From the NCBI GenBank assembly GCA_964408995.1, contig CAYPBP010000003.1:14803-78802 (forward strand): a stretch of DNA of 64,000 bases, read 5' to 3'. Source of the DNA: an uncultured Gammaproteobacteria bacterium. GTDB lineage: Bacteria; Patescibacteriota; Microgenomatia; UBA12405. A model generated the notes under the pieces. The model was not told the DNA's origin. It was given only the letters and a program-made list of their open reading frames with translations, and did not search any database. The stretch's first letter is position 1. The number at the start of each line of letters is the position of its first letter. The translations under genes and the position numbers were made by a program. Below are positions 58,892 to 64,000 of the stretch, in pieces.

Positions 58892-60901
58892 TTAATTATT
58901 TATAGTAGTATCGGAAGTGAGGTTTTCGGAAGTGATTTGAGAAAAGTTGAAATCTGGATAATTTTTGATTAATTCTTTTAATATTTCTTGTCCTAGGCTG
59001 ATTAATTTAGTATCGGAAAAACTGGCAATTTTTAAAGATGGGAAACCATGTTGAATGGTGGAAAAAGCTTCCCCTGGTCCCCTGTTTTTCAAATCATATT
59101 CGGCAATTTTTAGACCGTCATTATTTTTTTCTAAGAAATTTAGACGATCAATTGCTTTTTGATTATTTGATTCGGTGAAAAAATAACAATAACTTTGTTG
59201 GTGTCCTCGGCCGACTCGACCTCGAAGTTGATGAAGCCCCGCCAGACCAAATCTGTCGGCTGATTGAATAATAATTATGGATGAATTGGGGATATCAACT
59301 CCGACTTCAATTATAGGAGTGGTGACTAAAATATTTATTTCGTTATTTTGGAATTTTTTAATAATTTTTTGTCTAGCTTCTGTTTTAATTTTGCCATGAA
59401 TTAGGTCTAATTTTAGATTGGGAAAAATTTCTTTGGATAAAAATTCAAATTCTTTGATAGCTGACTTAACACTGGCCATAGATTCGGAAATATCGATGAA
59501 GGGACAAACAATAAAAGCTTGGCAATTAGTTTTTTTGATTTCAGTTTCAATCCATTTGTAGCAATTGGATTTTTTATGATCGGGAACTAAAAAAGTTTTA
59601 ATTTGAAGTCGATTTTGAGGTAAAGACGTGATGGTGGAAATATCGAGATTGCCAAGAATGGTTAAACTGATGGTTCTTGGGATTGGAGTGGCGGTCATGG
59701 TTAAGCAATGAGGAATTTTTTTAGATGAGCCTAAGAAAGATCTTTGTTTGACTCCAAATTTGTGTTGTTCGTCGATAATTAGTAAAGAAACTTTGTTTTT
59801 AATTTGAATTTTTTGATAAATAATAGCGTGGGTGCTGATAATTATGGCATTTTTGGGTATTTTTTTAATATCAACTTTTTTGGATCCAGTTAAAAGAAAA
59901 ATAGGAATGTCTAAATCTTTTAATATTTCTTGAAAACTTTGGTAGTGTTGTTGGGCTAAAATTTCGGTGGGAGCGACTAAAACTGACAGTTGATTGTTTA
60001 AATGAGTTAGATAACAAGCAATTAGAGCAACAATAGTTTTGCCGGAGCCAACATCGCCTTGAAGAAGTCGATTCATAACTTGTTTTGGATTAGTTAAATC
60101 CGAAAATATTTCTGATATGACTTTGGTCTGGGAATCAGTTAGTTTGTAAGGTAGGGAATTAATTAGATCTTTAATTTTTTTATCAATAATTTTTGTAATT
60201 TTAATTTTACTTTTAGGAATTTTTTTAAGCCAATCTTTTTTAGAAAGATAGGATTTTATTTGAAGTGATAAAAGTTCTTCTGTGGCTAATCTATTTTTGG
60301 CTTGGGTCAAAATTTGAGAATTTTTTGGGAAATGGATTTGACTAAGAGCAGTTTTTAAATCTAGAAGATTGAATTTTTTAATTAGAGTTAGAGGTAAAGT
60401 TTCTTTGATTGGTTTTAGTAAATTATCCATTTGAGTTTGAATAATTTTTCGAAACCATTTTGAAGTAAGACCGTTAGTTTCTGGATAGATAGGAATTATT
60501 TGACCAGTGTTATGTTGGCCATATTCTGGAGAAATAATAGTTCTTTTATTTAAATAAAGAGAGACAGTGCCAGCAAAACTAAGGATCTCCCCTGTTTTGA
60601 TGCTTTGGGATAAATAAGGTTGATTAAACCAAATTAACTCTATTTTGCCTGTATTATCGGCAATAATAGCTTTTTGTAGGTTTTTACCATTTCGAGTGTA
60701 GATGTTTTTGAAATCTAAAACTTTACCAGTAATGGTGACATTAGTATTTTCAATAATAGAGTTTATGTTGACAGAATGGGAAAAATCGATATAACGATTG
60801 GGGAAATGATAGAGTAAATCTTGGGGTAAATTTATATTTAGACGTTTTAATTTATCAAGAGTTTTAGAACCAATGCCTGGAATTTGAGAAAGGCTATCCA
60901 T
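58892..60901 (-). CDS. recG: ATP-dependent DNA helicase RecG
   Basis: RLLQGDVGSGKT, DEQHKFGV, TATPIPR, LHQLRGRVGRG, DL..RGPG. Confidence 0.96.
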   Translation of the reverse strand: MDSLSQIPGIGSKTLDKLKRLNINLPQDLLYHFPNRYIDFSHSVNINSIIENTNVTITGKVLDFKNIYTRNGKNLQKAIIADNTGKIELIWFNQPYLSQSIKTGEILSFAGTVSLYLNKRTIISPEYGQHNTGQIIPIYPETNGLTSKWFRKIIQTQMDNLLKPIKETLPLTLIKKFNLLDLKTALSQIHFPKNSQILTQAKNRLATEELLSLQIKSYLSKKDWLKKIPKSKIKITKIIDKKIKDLINSLPYKLTDSQTKVISEIFSDLTNPKQVMNRLLQGDVGSGKTIVALIACYLTHLNNQLSVLVAPTEILAQQHYQSFQEILKDLDIPIFLLTGSKKVDIKKIPKNAIIISTHAIIYQKIQIKNKVSLLIIDEQHKFGVKQRSFLGSSKKIPHCLTMTATPIPRTISLTILGNLDISTITSLPQNRLQIKTFLVPDHKKSNCYKWIETEIKKTNCQAFIVCPFIDISESMASVKSAIKEFEFLSKEIFPNLKLDLIHGKIKTEARQKIIKKFQNNEINILVTTPIIEVGVDIPNSSIIIIQSADRFGLAGLHQLRGRVGRGHQQSYCYFFTESNNQKAIDRLNFLEKNNDGLKIAEYDLKNRGPGEAFSTIQHGFPSLKIASFSDTKLISLGQEILKELIKNYPDFNFSQITSENLTSDTTINN

Positions 60902-60920
60902 AAGTTATGATAACAAAGAA

Positions 60921-60967
60921 AAAACCCTTTGGTACTTCGTACCACCTTTCCCTTGACAGGGCACTTT
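60921..60967 (+). repeat. 47-bp two-hairpin element identical to 46694-46740
   Basis: AAAACCCTTTGGTACTTCGTACCACCTTTCCCTTGACAGGGCACTTT. Confidence 0.95.
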
Positions 60968-61029
60968 TCTTTTTAGTTTTCGGGTTTAGTTTGGGTCAAC
61001 ATATTTTGTTTTTATGTTATGATTAGTTT

Positions 61030-61134
61030 ATGAGAATTAAAGGTAAAACAATTCAAAAAACTATTTTAATAGTTGCCATGGTGGCATTGTTGATGTCTAG
61101 CTTAATAGCTCCTTTAATGGTTTTAATAAGATGA
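61030..61134 (+). CDS. Small single-TM protein (34 aa), not in the ORF track
   Basis: MRIKGKTIQKTILIVAMVALLMSSLIAPLMVLIR; the stop overlaps the PBP start (ATGA). Confidence 0.65.
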   Translation: MRIKGKTIQKTILIVAMVALLMSSLIAPLMVLIR

Positions 61135-63764
61135 GAAGAAGTTCTATTGTTAAATTAAATAGGTTAAAAACCAATATTAGGAAAATGATTGGTTTTGATG
61201 ATAAAAATTTTTGGTTTAATTTTTTCAGATTGTCTTTAATTTTATTAGCAGTTGGCTCAGTTGTTTTATTGTTTTTATTTATTTGGTTTTCAAAGGACTT
61301 ACCAAACCCATCTAAAGTAGTTAGAAGAGATGGTTATTCAAGCAAAGTTTATGATAGGAATGGTACCCCTATTTTTGATATTTATGACCAAGCTAGAAGA
61401 GATCCAGTGGCTTTTTTGGATATTCCTGATTATTTAAAGAAAGCAACAATAGCAGTGGAAGATAAAGATTTTTATAAACATAAAGGATTTGATCCTTTAA
61501 CTCCATTTAGAATTATTAAGAATTTATTTTATTTTGGAAAAGTAACCGGTGGTTCGACATTGACTCAACAATTAACTAGAAATGTTTTATTAACAACAGA
61601 AAGATCTTTAACTCGAAAAATTAAAGAGATAATTTTGTCGATTCAGATTGATGCAAAATATAGTAAAGATGAGATTTTGTCGATGTATTTAAACGAGGCT
61701 CCTTATGGAGGTGCTTCTTGGGGAGTTGGACCAGCATCAGAGCAATATTTTGGCAAAAAAGTCAATAAACTAAATTTAGTTGAGTCTGTAATTTTAGCTG
61801 GAATGCCTCAATTACCTAGTGTTTATTCTCCTTATTCAAAAACACCTACTGCTTATATAAATAGAACTAACCATGTTTTAAACAGAATGGTGGAAGATAG
61901 TTATATAAGTAAGGAGTTGGCCAAAGATACAATGGAACAGGTTAAAAACTATAAATTTGTTAGTAGTAACTCAACTACAAAAGCTCCTCATTTTGTTTTT
62001 TGGATAAAAGATTTATTGTCAGAAAAATATGGTGAATCAGTAGTTGAAGGTGGTGGTTTAAAAATTACTACGACTTTAGATTTAGAATTACAAGATAAAG
62101 TTCAATCGATAGTTACTGAAGAAATTGATAAGTCTGAGAGTTTAGGTATTAGTAATGGAGCGGCTTTAGTTTTGGATCCAGTTAATGGTCAAGTTTTATC
62201 GATGGTTGGTTCGAGAGATTATTTTTCAACCAAAACTGATGGTAACTTTAATGTGGTAACCCAAGCCTTAAGACAACCAGGTTCAGCTATTAAACCAGTG
62301 ACTTATTTGGCTGGTCTTAAAAAAGGAATGACAGCGGCAACTATGATTATGGATACTCCGGTTACTTTTCCTGGAAGTGGTGGCCAGCCAAATTATAATC
62401 CACAAAATTATACTGGTAAATTTTATGGACCAATGTCTTTTAGGAATTCTTTGGGTAATTCACAAAATATCCCAGCAGTCAAAGTTTTAGCCACTGTTGG
62501 GGTGGAAAACATGTTGAAATTGGCTAATGATATGGGTTTATCTACATTAGCTCCAACAAAAGAGAATTTGAATAGATTTGGACTTTCAGTTACTTTGGGT
62601 GGTGGTGAAGTTAAAATGATTGATTTGGCTTCGGCTTATACAGCTTTTGCAAATGGTGGAACAAGTATGAAGCCAATTGGAATTTTAAAAGTTGAAGATA
62701 AAAATGGTAGAGTTTTGGAGGAATATAAAGCTCCTGATGGTAAAAAAGTAATGACACCACAAGAAGCCTTTATTATTTCTAATATTTTGTCAGATAATAG
62801 TGCTCGTGAATTAACATTTGGAGCAGTTAATGGTTTACAGGTTTCGGGATATCAAGTGGCGGTTAAAACAGGAACGACCAATGATAAAAAAGATAACTGG
62901 GCAATTGGTTGGACTCCAAATTTGTTGAGTGTGGTTTGGGTGGGAAATAATAACAACACTCCAATGGGGAAAATTGCTTCTGGTGTGTCTGGAGCTACTC
63001 CAATTTGGAAAAGAATAATGGTTTCTGCTTTACCAAAAAGGCCCAAGCAAGATTTTTCAATTCCAGACAAGATTGTAAATCTTGATGTTGATGCTTTGTC
63101 AGGATATATGGCTCATGATGGTTTTACTTCTAAAAAAGAATATTTTATTGATGGAACTCAACCATCAATACCAGATCCAATTCATTTGAATCTTAAAATT
63201 TGCAAAGGAGGAGTTAGTGGTTTGGCAACTTTAGAAGATGTGGCTAATAATAATTACGATACAAAGGAATTTATTAAACTTAAAGAAGATGATCCGGTGT
63301 CTAGAGATGGTAAAAATAGATGGCAAGAAGGTATTGATAAATGGATAGCTAGCCAACCTGATAATGGCAAATATTTTCCTCCTGAAAATTATTGTAAAGA
63401 TGGTGGCTCGATAATTGTATCGATAGATAGTCCTAAGAATGAATCAACGGTTTCCAAACAATTTGATATTAAAATTAATGTTAATGCTTTGAAAAAAGTT
63501 AAAGAAGTTAAGCTTTGGATTGATGGAAAAGAAAAAAAGATTTGGTCTGAAAAACCTTATGAGATTACTATAAATGATTTGACTGATGGCCCTCATACGA
63601 TTAAGGTTAGAGCGACTGATATTGATGGAAATAGTCAGGAAAGAGAGGTAAAAATTGGAGTTAATACTCCTTGGAATCCAAGTCCGACTTTGGTTGGTTC
63701 TACTTTGGGAATTGGTGCTACTAATAGTGAAATAGGTGAAACAGATACTGATACTGATGATTAG
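61131..63764 (+). CDS. Class A penicillin-binding protein with C-terminal Ig-like domain
   Basis: EDKDFY.H.G, GGSTLTQQL, RKIKE, PGSAIKP, SQN, KTGTT. Confidence 0.95.
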   Translation: MRRSSIVKLNRLKTNIRKMIGFDDKNFWFNFFRLSLILLAVGSVVLLFLFIWFSKDLPNPSKVVRRDGYSSKVYDRNGTPIFDIYDQARRDPVAFLDIPDYLKKATIAVEDKDFYKHKGFDPLTPFRIIKNLFYFGKVTGGSTLTQQLTRNVLLTTERSLTRKIKEIILSIQIDAKYSKDEILSMYLNEAPYGGASWGVGPASEQYFGKKVNKLNLVESVILAGMPQLPSVYSPYSKTPTAYINRTNHVLNRMVEDSYISKELAKDTMEQVKNYKFVSSNSTTKAPHFVFWIKDLLSEKYGESVVEGGGLKITTTLDLELQDKVQSIVTEEIDKSESLGISNGAALVLDPVNGQVLSMVGSRDYFSTKTDGNFNVVTQALRQPGSAIKPVTYLAGLKKGMTAATMIMDTPVTFPGSGGQPNYNPQNYTGKFYGPMSFRNSLGNSQNIPAVKVLATVGVENMLKLANDMGLSTLAPTKENLNRFGLSVTLGGGEVKMIDLASAYTAFANGGTSMKPIGILKVEDKNGRVLEEYKAPDGKKVMTPQEAFIISNILSDNSARELTFGAVNGLQVSGYQVAVKTGTTNDKKDNWAIGWTPNLLSVVWVGNNNNTPMGKIASGVSGATPIWKRIMVSALPKRPKQDFSIPDKIVNLDVDALSGYMAHDGFTSKKEYFIDGTQPSIPDPIHLNLKICKGGVSGLATLEDVANNNYDTKEFIKLKEDDPVSRDGKNRWQEGIDKWIASQPDNGKYFPPENYCKDGGSIIVSIDSPKNESTVSKQFDIKINVNALKKVKEVKLWIDGKEKKIWSEKPYEITINDLTDGPHTIKVRATDIDGNSQEREVKIGVNTPWNPSPTLVGSTLGIGATNSEIGETDTDTDD

Positions 63765-64000
63765 TCCCTAAAGATAGGTAAAAGTAGATTTTATTAGCTA
63801 TTTAGCAGTCTAGTGTCTTGTCTGCTAGTGTGTATTGTGTGTGTATGTTTAAAAAGTAATTTAATTTAAATTTACAGAAAAGTTCAAATTAAATTGAAAG
63901 TTTTTAAGTGTAGTTGTTTAGCTTTTTTATCATCTAAATTAAAGTAAGAGGCTTGGAAGGTATAGCGATACTTGTCGGTTTTTGGATCATGATAAATATC

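Overview
AT-rich bacterial chromosome segment, standard genetic code (TGA is used as stop). The gene set and A-rich, Shine-Dalgarno-poor start contexts suggest a Patescibacteria/CPR genome, probably Microgenomates-like (inference). Housekeeping content: hisS, tRNA-His, dnaB, tRNA-Leu, lspA, RluA-family synthase, yebC, pta, a Xer-type recombinase, gyrA/gyrB, epmA/epmB, a MacAB-like ABC system, pth, ligA, holB-like, khpA-rpsP-rnc-nusB-rpmF, recG and a class A PBP. There is also a ~20 kb type IV pilus locus with 11 prepilin-like genes. Three features stand out. (1) Several families of short GC-rich palindromic elements occur both between genes and in-frame inside genes. They occupy the cleavable leader peptides of 9 of the 11 prepilins, and one family brackets a DUF559-like nuclease gene in an arrangement resembling a REP/RAYT locus. 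(2) Two tandem histidine leader-peptide attenuators lie upstream of tRNA-His and of the hisS operon. (3) A symmetric 11-6-11 dif-like site lies just upstream of a single Xer recombinase gene. All calls were made by eye from the sequence; no searches were run.
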